Positions 46,212-56,071 of a stretch of 64,000 nucleotides of DNA are shown here, in pieces (within the stretch, counting starts at the first letter, position 1; every line of letters starts with the position of its first letter). Below the pieces are notes generated by a model, which saw nothing but the letters and a program-made list of their open reading frames with translations, did not search any database and had not been told where the DNA came from. The position numbers and the translations under genes were made by a program. Origin of the DNA: Dehalococcoidia bacterium (lineage in GTDB: Bacteria; Chloroflexota; Dehalococcoidia; UBA6926); NCBI GenBank assembly GCA_965243495.1, contig CBDEUZ010000007.1, positions 1,612,585 through 1,676,584 of the forward strand. Reading direction: 5' to 3'.

Positions 46212-47864
46212 ATGTCAATCGTTCAAATAGCACTCGATAAACTCCCGGTTCGGCCCTCGTACAGCTGGGGCCAACTGCGCGGAGACGTTTTCGGTGGGCT
46301 AACCGCCGGTAGCATCGTTCTCCCGGCTTCGGTTGGCTACGGCATTATCTCCGGCCTTGGCCCCGTTGCAGGCTTGTACGGAGCCGCCGCCGTCAGTTTC
46401 TTTGCGGCGTTCTTCGGAGGAACGCGTGGTCTGATTTCCGGTCCGAACATCCTTGTCACGCTGACGATGGCTGCCGTCGTCTCCCAGTACGCCAACAGCC
46501 TTGCAGAGGCCGCTGTAGCGGCCATTCTCGCCGGCCTTATCCAGATGGGCTTTGGCGCTCTCCGGGTTGGGCGATATGTCTCATACATTCCATACTCTCT
46601 GATCGCTGGATTCGTCACGGCCTTTGGAATCCTACTAATCATCAAGCAGATTCTGCTTGGCTTGGGTGCATCGCCGGCTGGCAGCGCTTTGGACAGCATC
46701 CGTGCATTTCCTGATGCGGCGCGAGACGCCAACCTGGAGGCCCTTGCCGTTGCTATCTTCTGTGTGGTGTTGGGAGTGGCGTGGCGTGGAAGACTCTTAA
46801 AGATTGCCCCGTCTCAATTCGCTGTACTCGTTTGCGGAACAGTCGTGGGAGTTCTGTTCTTTGCGGGCGCGCCGACCATTGGCACTATTCCGCAAGGGTT
46901 GCCTACGCCGGAGTTGCCAGCGTTCTCCCTTGATGCAGTTATCCGGCTCCTGCAGCCTGCCTTCGCCATGGCCTTGTTGAGTTCTCTATCGACGCTCATC
47001 GCCGCCCTTCCCCTGGACACAATCACCGGGACGCAGCACAAGCCCAATCAGGAATTGGGAGCGCAGGGCATCGGTAATGTGGCTGCCGGGCTCATCGGTG
47101 GTCTACCGGGCGGGGTGACCCCCGGCTCGTTTGTCAACGCATTCAGTGGAGGACGCACACAGGTGGCGGGGCTGACCGTTTCCGCCCTTCTCATCTCGGT
47201 CATCCTCTTTCTCGGACCGATAGCGGAACGTATCCCCCTCGCTGTTCTTGCAGGCATTTTGGCCATCAACGGCTGGAACATCATCGATTGGCGGTTCATC
47301 AAGCGCCTGCATCGCGTCCCTGCGGACTATACAATTGTGATGGCCCTGACCTGTTTCCTCGTGCTCTTTGTGGACATCACTCTTGCGGTGGTGGCAGGCG
47401 TCGTCGTCTCAGCCCTGACCGGCGCGCGGCGGCGCGAGAAAATGGAAACCGAGATCCTCATCTCCACTCCGATTCTTGACAGTGTGTTGCTTGACGACGA
47501 TGAGGCAGACCCGTTTGAGGCGCGCGCTGGCATCGTTATTTTCCCTGACCGTGTGACGGTGGCCTCAGCGCGTGAGGTCAGCCGCATAGTCCGTTCAGAC
47601 ATCCTTGGCCATCAGGTCGTCATCTTTGATATGTCCCGAACGATATTCATTGACGATTCCGCTGCCGTGGCAATAGCGGACCTGATCAGGATCGCAACTG
47701 TTCGCCGGCCGGGTCGCCTTGTCATCGCGGGACTGACAAAACCGGTCACGGAAACCCTTGATGCCTTTGGCCTGCGCGCCGCCATGCCGGAGGGACTGAT
47801 TGTTCCCGACATGGACGCCGCAAGAGCCCGGGTACGCGACCTGCTGACTCACCGTTCACCCTGA
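46212..47864 (+). CDS. SulP family anion transporter with STAS domain
   Basis: GDVFGGLTAG, AGLYGA, FFGGTRGLISGP, NQELGAQGIGN and GGRTQ; STAS motif IFDMSRTIFIDDSA. Confidence 0.92.
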   Translation: MSIVQIALDKLPVRPSYSWGQLRGDVFGGLTAGSIVLPASVGYGIISGLGPVAGLYGAAAVSFFAAFFGGTRGLISGPNILVTLTMAAVVSQYANSLAEAAVAAILAGLIQMGFGALRVGRYVSYIPYSLIAGFVTAFGILLIIKQILLGLGASPAGSALDSIRAFPDAARDANLEALAVAIFCVVLGVAWRGRLLKIAPSQFAVLVCGTVVGVLFFAGAPTIGTIPQGLPTPELPAFSLDAVIRLLQPAFAMALLSSLSTLIAALPLDTITGTQHKPNQELGAQGIGNVAAGLIGGLPGGVTPGSFVNAFSGGRTQVAGLTVSALLISVILFLGPIAERIPLAVLAGILAINGWNIIDWRFIKRLHRVPADYTIVMALTCFLVLFVDITLAVVAGVVVSALTGARRREKMETEILISTPILDSVLLDDDEADPFEARAGIVIFPDRVTVASAREVSRIVRSDILGHQVVIFDMSRTIFIDDSAAVAIADLIRIATVRRPGRLVIAGLTKPVTETLDAFGLRAAMPEGLIVPDMDAARARVRDLLTHRSP

Positions 47865-47895
47865 GCTTGTAGAAGGTTGAACGGGGGACCGGTCC

Positions 47896-49008
47896 TTACC
47901 CCCAGACGTTTTGAGCCGTCTCGGCTACAACCCGGAGCTTTGTGTTCTGCTCTTCAATGGTGAGGCGATTGCCGACGATAGACGTGCCGAACCCGCATTG
48001 TGGACTGATGGCCAGTTGCTCGTGCGGGAAGTGGTGTGAGGCCTCGGTAATCCTGTCCGCAAGCTCCGATGGTGTCTCGGCGCGTGGCGACTTGGTCGTT
48101 ACCAATCCAAGCGCCACAGTCTTGTCATCGGGCACGCCGCGTAAAGGCTCGAATGAGCCCGAGCGCTCATCGTCGTATTCCAGCATCAGCCGATGCGCGT
48201 TGACACGCTGGAGTACCGGCTCGACGATACGGTCGTAACCACCTTCGGCTAGCCAACGGCTGCCCTGGTTGCCTCGACACAGATGGAACGCGAACAACGC
48301 CTCGGTGAAACCGTCCATCACTGCGTTGTCCAGCTCGATTCCCTGAGCAATCCAGTCCTCCCCGCTCCGGCCTTGCGACTCATAGAAGGCTGCCCATGTC
48401 GGATCGAGGATCAGCGGGTAGTGCGGGGCGTCGAGCTGGATATACGTTGCGCCAAGCCTGATTAACTCTTCGATCTCCTCACGGATGATCTGCGCGACGT
48501 CACTCAGAAACGCATCAAGCGTGGGATACGCCTCGACTGATTTGCTCGGCGACCAGAAATTGGCGAACAGGCTGGGGCTCGGCAGCGTCACCTTCGGTAT
48601 GCGCGTTGTGTGGCCCCGGAGATAGGTAAACTCCTCTGCAGATAGGTGACGCTTTCGCCGTAGCTTGCCAACGACACCAAGAGTTGCTGGACGCTCTTTG
48701 GCCGCGTCTCCCACCCGCTCATCGCCACGCCAATCACCCCAGAGGAACGCGTCAATATCGAACTCGCCGAAGCCTTCCACCGCCTCGGGCATCTGACTCT
48801 GGAACGACAACCGCCGCATTTCGCCGTCCGTGAGAACCTTGAAACCCGCGTCCTCCTGGGCAGCTACTGCGCTGTCGACGGCGGCATCCTCAACGCGCTT
48901 GAACTCTGAGGGTGTGATTCGTCCCGTCGCCACGTCCTCGCGTGCAGTAAGCAACTCCCGTGGCCTTATCAGGCTCCCAACCACATCTGCGTGAGGCAAA
49001 TTCGGCAT
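47896..49008 (-). CDS. Cobalamin-independent methionine synthase II family protein (MetE C-terminal-like/YxjH type)
   Basis: ADVVGSLIRP, TDGEMRR, YIQLDAP, HLCRGN, LEYDDERSG and SPQCGF; start reset to 49008. Confidence 0.88.
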   Translation of the reverse strand: MPNLPHADVVGSLIRPRELLTAREDVATGRITPSEFKRVEDAAVDSAVAAQEDAGFKVLTDGEMRRLSFQSQMPEAVEGFGEFDIDAFLWGDWRGDERVGDAAKERPATLGVVGKLRRKRHLSAEEFTYLRGHTTRIPKVTLPSPSLFANFWSPSKSVEAYPTLDAFLSDVAQIIREEIEELIRLGATYIQLDAPHYPLILDPTWAAFYESQGRSGEDWIAQGIELDNAVMDGFTEALFAFHLCRGNQGSRWLAEGGYDRIVEPVLQRVNAHRLMLEYDDERSGSFEPLRGVPDDKTVALGLVTTKSPRAETPSELADRITEASHHFPHEQLAISPQCGFGTSIVGNRLTIEEQNTKLRVVAETAQNVWG

Positions 49009-49069
49009 GGTGGGAGTCTGGCATATCACCAGGGCCCGGACAAGCGGCGACGAGAATACCGGCTTGCTA

Positions 49070-49762
49070 TCAGGAAACGGGCCCGGAGACGCGGATATGT
49101 TGCGCCCATCGGGTGGGAATGGTGACGTGGTTCCCGCCAACGTTGAGCCTGATGTGGCCGGCTCTCAGATCAAGCTCTTCCACCACCACCTCGTTATTGG
49201 GCGTAACGCCATTGTCATGGACGAAGTGGAGTAGCTCCGTATCGTCTTCACCTTCCTCCGTGATCCGCCAGACGACAATCGTCTCGCCGACACTCGTGTC
49301 GGTCATCTTGCGGGCGCCCAGGAGCCGCTCCTCATCAGCTGAGCCGGGAAACGGGTTGCCGTGAGGGCAGGTCGTCGGATGCCCGAGGGACTCGTAGAGA
49401 TGCTCCTCCAGCTTCGATGACAGCGTGTGCTCCATGTGCTCCGCTTCATCGTCTGCGTCGGCCCAGTTGTACCCCAGGCTATCAACCAGCAGCCTTTCGA
49501 TGAGGTAGTGTCGGCGAATGATGGACTCGGCGATGCTCCTCCCCTCAGGCGTCAGCTGAATCCCGGCACTCTGGTCGATCACTGCAAGGCCCTGGCGCTC
49601 TATCCTCTGGAATGCCTGGGTGACCGCTGACGCGGACACGCCCAATCGTTCAGCGAGGCGCGAACCAACGACCCTCGATCCTTCCCGAACGGTCGTGTAG
49701 ATGCGGATCAGGTATTCTCCCTGAACTGCGCTGGTGCCCTGGGGTGATTCGTCTCTGGTCAT
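49070..49762 (-). CDS. DtxR/MntR family metal-dependent transcriptional regulator with FeoA domain
   Basis: EYLIRIY, LAERLGVSASAVT, RRHYLIERLL, EAEHMEH and PTTCPHGNPFP. Confidence 0.92.
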   Translation of the reverse strand: MTRDESPQGTSAVQGEYLIRIYTTVREGSRVVGSRLAERLGVSASAVTQAFQRIERQGLAVIDQSAGIQLTPEGRSIAESIIRRHYLIERLLVDSLGYNWADADDEAEHMEHTLSSKLEEHLYESLGHPTTCPHGNPFPGSADEERLLGARKMTDTSVGETIVVWRITEEGEDDTELLHFVHDNGVTPNNEVVVEELDLRAGHIRLNVGGNHVTIPTRWAQHIRVSGPVS

Positions 49763-49839
49763 GTACCTGGAGCTCCTCCGGACCTCTATCGCGTCTCATT
49801 GTACGGCTGTAACTGGTACCGATGCAGGGCTCGCCTCTT

Positions 49840-52812
49840 CTATTCCACCGGGAACAGCACGATCCGCACATAGCTTTCAGGCGTGAGGTAAAGCTCGGCT
49901 GCGGCGACAACGTCTTCCAGAGTCAGCGTCTCCAGCCTGTCTTCGAACCCAACAATCTCCGCAAATGACTCACCTCTCTGCGCCGCGATCTGTATCTCGG
50001 TGAGCCAGAACCCGTTCTCCCGAAGATCCTCTTGTCGCGCGGTTCGCAACTGCTCCTTGACAGTGTCCAGGTATTTCTGCTCGCCGCCCATCTGCAGCCA
50101 GTCTATCTGGTCGAATACCTCGTCACGGAGCTCCTCAACGCGGTCGGGGTCGCTGCCGAAGAGAACGTAGATTTGGTACTCGGGATCCGGGAGGGTCTGG
50201 GTGCCGGCGGTATTGACGTTGATGCTGTAGGTGCCGCCGAGCGCCTCGCGCACTCGCTCGCGCAGCCGGGTACCGAGAATCTCGCCGGCCACGTCGATGG
50301 TGAGCGCCTCCTGGCGGCTCCATTCCAGGTCTCCGGCGTACAGGAGAATCGTCCTGCTGCGCTGCTCGAGGCCGCTGCGAACCACTTCATCCACCACGCC
50401 TGCGGGGGGGTCGAGCCCGACGTCTCGCCACTGCTCGACACGTCCGGCGGAGGGCAGGGCGGCCAGGTAGTTCTCTGTCAAAGACCTCAGGGTGTCCCAA
50501 TCAAAGGCGCCAACGAAGACGAACGTCGCATCGCCAAGATCGGCGAAGCGGTCAGAGTACACGGCCTCGGCCGTTTCCATGTCCAGCTCCTCCAGCACCT
50601 CGAGGGAGAGGGGCCGCCCGCGGTGATGGCCCTGGCTGAGAGCGGTGTTTATGTAGTCGAAGTAGACCGAGTCCGGGTCGGCGGCACGGAACTCGGCGGT
50701 GCTATGCAGCCGGGCCTTGTACCTCGTGAAGAAGTCCGGGTCGAGCCGATGCTCAGTGGCGTACAGCGTGATGAGCTGGAACAGAGTCTCCAAGTCCTCG
50801 GGAGAGGCGTTGCCGCTGAAGCCCTCAAACAGCTCACTGATGTACGGAGTCACTGCAACCCTCTTGCCGGCCAGCAGTTTGTCCAGGGTCACTTTGTCGT
50901 GTGGGCCCACACCACTGCCGACGATAAGCTGGGCAGCGTAAATGGCGGACTGGTGTTCCTCGTCGGTTACGAGCGAGTGTCCACCGGGGCTGAAAGCCCT
51001 GAACAGCACCTCGTCGTCGCGGAAGTCGGTTTGCTTGGCGATCACCGTGATGCCGTTGGACAGCGTCCACTGCACGGCGTCGATGGCCTCGATCTGCTCC
51101 TCGGCGGTGATAGTTCCCGGCTCCGGCAGATTGGCCAGCAACGGGACATCACCGAGGTCGTCGGCGTAGCGTTCCACCGTCAAGGCCTGGGCCGTCTGGA
51201 GTTGAGTCAGCAGCGCTGTGCCGAGCACGTCATCGACACCGGCGATGTCGGTCTCTTCGGGGCGTACCACCAGCAGGGCCAGGTTCTCAGTCTGCGCCCA
51301 GGACTGCGCTACGTCCGCAAACTCGTCCAGAGTGATCTGCGGCAGCAACTCCTGGTGCAACTCCCACTCGGCCTCGATGCCTGGGACCGGCTTCCCGCTG
51401 AAGAAGTGGTCAGTGTACTTGCTGGCGAGGGCGGTGGAGGGAGTCTGGTCCCGCTGCTTGTACCGGCTCTCGACCGAACTGAGCAGGTTGCTCTTTTCCC
51501 GCTCCAGCTCGCCTTCGGTGAAGCCGTGCTGGTGAGCACGCTGAATCTCCTCGAGCATGGCCGCGAGGCCGGCCTCAACGCCGTCCGTCTCGACCCAGGC
51601 CGAGAACGTGGCGATGTCCAGCGTATATACGTACGGGGAGCGTCCGGCGCTGGCGGTGATGTACGGCGGTTCCGCGGACTGGCCGCGCTCGGACAGTCGC
51701 GCGTTAAGCATCCTGAACGCGAGATCTTCCACCACCTGGCGCCGGAACGCGGCCAGATCCTGTCCCGTTTCGGGGGCGAGCTTGCGGATGAGAATGAACT
51801 GTGTAGCGGGTGACTCGGGGTCTGTAAAGACCTCGATGCGCGGCGTCTGATGACCGGGAACATCAATGCTTGGCCTGTCGGTCGGGGCCCCTATAGTGGC
51901 GCGCTCCTGGTTTGCCTCGCCCTCGGGTGGAGGGGCGAAGTGCTGTGTGATCTTGGCTTCAATCTCCTCAACGTCAAAGTCGCCTACGGCGACGACTGCC
52001 ATCAGGTTGGGTCTGTACCATCGCTCGTAGTAGGCTCGCAGGGCTTCCACCGGAGCGTTCTCAATGACCTCAGTGAGGCCGATAGGGGCGCGACTGGCAT
52101 AGAGGGAGTCGCCGAAGAGGAGGTTGAGCAGGTCCTGTTGGAGGCGCGAGTTGAAGCCCTGAGAGAGACGCCACTCCTCCAGGACCACGCCGCGCTCGAG
52201 CTCGACTTCTTCGGGGTCGAAGGCAATCGAGAAGGCCCAATCGCTGAGTATCTGGAACGCTCTCTCGGTTATCTCGGGGTCATCGGTGGGAATCTCCAGG
52301 AAGTACAGGGTGTCGTCGAAGCCGGTTCGGGCGTTCAGATCGTGGCCGAACGCGCTGCCGATGGACTCGAGGTACTCGACGATCTCCTGCTTTGCGAAGC
52401 GCTCGGTGCCGTTGAAGGCCATGTGCTCGACGAAGTGGGCCAGCCCCCGCTGGTCGTCCGTCTCAAGGACCGAGCCGGCCTTCACGGCAAGGGAAATCTC
52501 GGCCCTGCCTTGCGGCTCCTCGTTGTGCCTGATGTAGTACGTGAGCCCGTTTGAAAGAGTGCCTTGGACAACCAGTGGATCGAGCGCGAGAGGAACGCTC
52601 GGCTCAGGCGTGGCGGTGGGCTCCGGAGTCGGAGCAGCTGTGGGAACGGAAGTGGCTGTGGGTGATGGAGCGAGGACAGTTATTGAGGGAGGAGACAGAA
52701 TGCGGTCAGATGTTGTTGCTGGAGTTGGCGCATCTGCGTCGCAGGCGATAATCACTGCCAACGACAGCACGATGAATCCAAAGATAAATCCTGATCTCAG
52801 ACTTGCTTTCAT
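49840..52812 (-). CDS. M16 (PqqL/insulinase-like) zinc peptidase, lipoprotein
   Basis: Lipobox-like AVIIAC, Pro/Thr linker, LSNGLTYYIR, inverted zincin GLAHFVEHMAFNGT, and a second LSNG repeat. Confidence 0.92.
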   Translation of the reverse strand: MKASLRSGFIFGFIVLSLAVIIACDADAPTPATTSDRILSPPSITVLAPSPTATSVPTAAPTPEPTATPEPSVPLALDPLVVQGTLSNGLTYYIRHNEEPQGRAEISLAVKAGSVLETDDQRGLAHFVEHMAFNGTERFAKQEIVEYLESIGSAFGHDLNARTGFDDTLYFLEIPTDDPEITERAFQILSDWAFSIAFDPEEVELERGVVLEEWRLSQGFNSRLQQDLLNLLFGDSLYASRAPIGLTEVIENAPVEALRAYYERWYRPNLMAVVAVGDFDVEEIEAKITQHFAPPPEGEANQERATIGAPTDRPSIDVPGHQTPRIEVFTDPESPATQFILIRKLAPETGQDLAAFRRQVVEDLAFRMLNARLSERGQSAEPPYITASAGRSPYVYTLDIATFSAWVETDGVEAGLAAMLEEIQRAHQHGFTEGELEREKSNLLSSVESRYKQRDQTPSTALASKYTDHFFSGKPVPGIEAEWELHQELLPQITLDEFADVAQSWAQTENLALLVVRPEETDIAGVDDVLGTALLTQLQTAQALTVERYADDLGDVPLLANLPEPGTITAEEQIEAIDAVQWTLSNGITVIAKQTDFRDDEVLFRAFSPGGHSLVTDEEHQSAIYAAQLIVGSGVGPHDKVTLDKLLAGKRVAVTPYISELFEGFSGNASPEDLETLFQLITLYATEHRLDPDFFTRYKARLHSTAEFRAADPDSVYFDYINTALSQGHHRGRPLSLEVLEELDMETAEAVYSDRFADLGDATFVFVGAFDWDTLRSLTENYLAALPSAGRVEQWRDVGLDPPAGVVDEVVRSGLEQRSRTILLYAGDLEWSRQEALTIDVAGEILGTRLRERVREALGGTYSINVNTAGTQTLPDPEYQIYVLFGSDPDRVEELRDEVFDQIDWLQMGGEQKYLDTVKEQLRTARQEDLRENGFWLTEIQIAAQRGESFAEIVGFEDRLETLTLEDVVAAAELYLTPESYVRIVLFPVE

Positions 52813-52995
52813 CTTTTCTCCGTAACTTCTAGTGCATGTGGGTGGATTGATTGACGAGATAGTCCTTTAGAACCCTCTGAAGGCATCCCCGGCTAGTCAG
52901 TTTATAGCTACTGTTGATGAGAATGTCCCGCTCAACAAAGACCCAAAGCGGAGCAAGAAATACCCCTGACAATACTGTATTGCGAACTTTTGCCA

Positions 52996-53766
52996 TCATC
53001 GTGAATCCGGATGGGAGGGGGTAGGTGGGTTTACCGGTAGGTGGTCGTGTGCCGCTGTTTCGCCTCCGCTGAGGGTTCTATAGAAGAGCACAAGGAATCC
53101 TGCGAACAAGAGAACGGCGCTGATGCCAACAACACTCACCGCCCAGGGCACTCTCTGGGTGAGGCCGTCAATGTTGCCGACCATGGCTCCGATAAGAACG
53201 GTCAGGATTGACACGATGAGAGCAAATGCAAGTGTAATCATCGTGCTTACCAATTCATTGATGAGGATGCCGTCTCGTTCAATATCACCGACGCCGTGGG
53301 CGGTAAGGACATCGGCCAGGTTTCGCAGCTGCATGATTCGATGAAGCAGGATCAGGCCTGCCAGGCTAATAAGAAAGAGAGAGGCAGTTAGGAGCAGTGG
53401 TTCAGCATCTGCGAACACTGCGATTCTGCCGAACAACTGATGCCAATCTAGCTGATTGTGCGCCCAGATGGCGGTCAGATGGACAGCGATGATTGTGAAC
53501 GTAACCAGCCAAAAAGCTCTGTGGGAAAGGCCGCGTTTACGCATCACTATGTAGAAGCCAATCACAGCAGCGACAACGATGAGCGTTCTAATAGAGATGA
53601 AAGGTCGAGCTTGCTCCAGGAAGAGTGAGGGCCACATTGTCTCGCCGGGGACGGCATTCTCGATCGAACGAATGGCGACGACAAGCGCGATGGATGTCAG
53701 GGCGCCAAGCAGAAAGAGTTCCATGCGTGAGAGTCGTTCCGGCACTGTCGCTCCGAGGAACCTCAT
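52996..53766 (-). CDS. Hypothetical polytopic membrane protein
   Basis: About six TM helices; ATGA overlap with the DUF58 gene. Confidence 0.7.
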   Translation of the reverse strand: MRFLGATVPERLSRMELFLLGALTSIALVVAIRSIENAVPGETMWPSLFLEQARPFISIRTLIVVAAVIGFYIVMRKRGLSHRAFWLVTFTIIAVHLTAIWAHNQLDWHQLFGRIAVFADAEPLLLTASLFLISLAGLILLHRIMQLRNLADVLTAHGVGDIERDGILINELVSTMITLAFALIVSILTVLIGAMVGNIDGLTQRVPWAVSVVGISAVLLFAGFLVLFYRTLSGGETAAHDHLPVNPPTPSHPDSR

Positions 53767-55082
53767 TGATATGTATCCATGTGGCGAACAAGGTTCGTGA
53801 CGAATCGCTCACGCGACGGATGCCAATCCATAACGGCTGCCCCTGCCTTGCGAACTTCTGAGATTAGTACGCGTGATTCCCACTCGGAGATGTTATGCAG
53901 CGCGGTGGCCAGATCTGGATCCGGATTAACGTGAATGACTCGTACACGGCTTTGTCTGTGGGAACGGGCGCGCAGGGCGGTCAGACGCTTGACTGCAGTC
54001 GTCATTCGATCCATCGATTCGCCGCTTTCCCCGGGGCGAGGGTAGTGGGCGTCAAGGCGCGTGATGATAAACACGTGCGGCTGCAGCCTGAATACGAACG
54101 ATTTACACCACTCGACAGAGAGCAAGAGATCCTGGTTTGGCGGGCCGGGCTGCAAACCTGCGAATAGCCGAGTGAGCCGGCGGAACTGCTTCTGACCCGT
54201 ATCGGGTGAGAGCAGCTCACCGCCTGCCTGTGTGTTGTAGGCGTACGCGCCAAGCGTCGCGCCCTGTGAGATGTAGTACTGGGCAAGAGTCCCGGCTGCT
54301 TCGATAGTGTTCTCCATCGGGCTGGACATAGACGTGCCAACATTCATGTAGTCAGCGATATCAAAGAAAATCCAGACCGCCTTGCGACCTTCCGTTTCCA
54401 GTTCATTGACCAATGGATTTGAACTGCCACTGATACGGGATGTCGCTTTCCAATTGATGCTCTTGACCGGGTCGCCCGGCTGGTAGGGGCGCAACTCGCG
54501 GAAGTCCTCACCGGAGGCTCCGATGAGCGCGATGTTCTCGCCAGTCTGGGACCTACGCGTCATTGCTCGCACTGAGTTGAGTCTGTTGATGTCGGTGTTG
54601 CGCGGAGCGACAAGAAGCTCCAGGGGCGGGCCTGCGCTCCCCGACTTGCCACGTCCGGTTCCGAGGGGCGCCTGTGACTCCCAGACCGTTTCAGGGATGC
54701 TATATTCGCCGCGTTTTGGGAAAGCGATGCGATACGAAAGATCGATGGTCTGCTCACCGCTCCATTTCCAGACGATGCGAAAGTTGCTACCGTCGACCAC
54801 CGCAGCATCATCCGGCAAGGTGTCGAGAACACGAACTGGGCCGATGCCATCGCGAATCGTGACGCGCCTGTGGACTTCTAACGAATCTCCCACCCAGCAG
54901 ATCACACGAGGTAGAGAACGTTCGACGGTGATGTTGTCCGGGGGGCGGAGTGTGGCCGCCGTGAGGATGGCGGCAAAGAGAAAGACGGCCCCGGTTAATA
55001 GGATGACATTACCGAGCAGCAGCCCGCCGATGAGCAGCAATAAGCTTAGCCAGGTCCATGAGAGCAGGGCGGGAGTAATCAT
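53763..55082 (-). CDS. DUF58 domain protein (MoxR partner, vWA-like)
   Basis: N-terminal TM helices, PKRGEY, DFRELRPYQPGDPVKSINWKAT and VNELETE. Confidence 0.9.
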   Translation of the reverse strand: MITPALLSWTWLSLLLLIGGLLLGNVILLTGAVFLFAAILTAATLRPPDNITVERSLPRVICWVGDSLEVHRRVTIRDGIGPVRVLDTLPDDAAVVDGSNFRIVWKWSGEQTIDLSYRIAFPKRGEYSIPETVWESQAPLGTGRGKSGSAGPPLELLVAPRNTDINRLNSVRAMTRRSQTGENIALIGASGEDFRELRPYQPGDPVKSINWKATSRISGSSNPLVNELETEGRKAVWIFFDIADYMNVGTSMSSPMENTIEAAGTLAQYYISQGATLGAYAYNTQAGGELLSPDTGQKQFRRLTRLFAGLQPGPPNQDLLLSVEWCKSFVFRLQPHVFIITRLDAHYPRPGESGESMDRMTTAVKRLTALRARSHRQSRVRVIHVNPDPDLATALHNISEWESRVLISEVRKAGAAVMDWHPSRERFVTNLVRHMDTYQ

Positions 55083-56071
55083 GGTTGCGTGGGGCGCCTT
55101 CCCAACTCCGTTGGAACCGGTACCTCTTCGAGAACATCCTCGATAATTGTCTCCGGTCTCACGCCCTCCAGTGTGTCCTCGATGTTGAGGATGATTCGGT
55201 GGGCGAGGACATCATTGACGACCATTTTTACGTCGTCCGGAACCACAAAGTCGCGGCCATGAATCAATGCGATGCTGCGGGAGACACGCAGCAGGGCAAG
55301 AGAGCCTCGAGGACTAACGCCAACAGCGACGCGGGGGTGTTCGCGCGTCAGGCGGACCAGCTGTGAGATGTAGTCCAGGATGACGCTGTCGACATACACA
55401 GCTGTTTCGACAAGGTCCTGCAGCTCAAGGAAACCCTCAAGAGAAATGGCCGGTTCGAGATCGTCGGTAGGGTCATCCTTCTGCCATTCAATTCGACGCC
55501 GGAGGACATCGTTTTCCAGGTCGCGATTGGCAGGATAGCCGGTGCCCATCTTGAAAAGGAAACGATCCAACTGCGCTTCCGGTAATGGGTAGGTTCCCTC
55601 CTGCTCAATAGGGTTCTGTGTCGCCAGCACGATGAAAAGACCGCCGAGGCCCATCGTCGCGCCATCAATTGTGACCTGCCGCTCCTCCATGGCTTCCAGC
55701 AGTGCGGCCTGCGTCTTGGGTGGGGCGCGATTGATTTCATCCGCGAGCAGGACATCTGTGAAGACAGGGCCTTGCACCAGTTCAAACTTGTTCTCGTTTG
55801 GTCGCCAGACATTGACTCCGAGGATGTCCGAAGGGAGCAGGTCCGGCGTGAACTGCACGCGCTTGGTGTCGCTGCCGATGGAGCGCGAGAACACCTTCGC
55901 CAGCAGCGTTTTGCCAAGCCCAGGGTAGTCCTCAAACAACACGTGGCCGTTGGCGAGTGCGGCGGCGAGCAGCTTGCGGAGCAACAGCCGGTTGCCGACA
56001 AAGACAGCCGCAACACGGTCGATAATATCCTCGCAGGTGAGCCGCACCTCTTCGAGTCGTTGCTCATTCAT
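55079..56071 (-). CDS. moxR: MoxR family AAA+ ATPase
   Basis: HVLFEDYPGLGKT, RVQFTPDLLPSD, LADEINRAPPKTQAALLEAM, ATQNPIEQEGTYPLPEAQLDRF and GVSPRG. Confidence 0.95.
   Translation of the reverse strand: MNEQRLEEVRLTCEDIIDRVAAVFVGNRLLLRKLLAAALANGHVLFEDYPGLGKTLLAKVFSRSIGSDTKRVQFTPDLLPSDILGVNVWRPNENKFELVQGPVFTDVLLADEINRAPPKTQAALLEAMEERQVTIDGATMGLGGLFIVLATQNPIEQEGTYPLPEAQLDRFLFKMGTGYPANRDLENDVLRRRIEWQKDDPTDDLEPAISLEGFLELQDLVETAVYVDSVILDYISQLVRLTREHPRVAVGVSPRGSLALLRVSRSIALIHGRDFVVPDDVKMVVNDVLAHRIILNIEDTLEGVRPETIIEDVLEEVPVPTELGRRPTQP

Noticed and set aside
50032-51813. 593 aa plus-strand ORF
   Set aside because: Antisense shadow of the high-GC3 pqqL gene, with no recognisable motifs.
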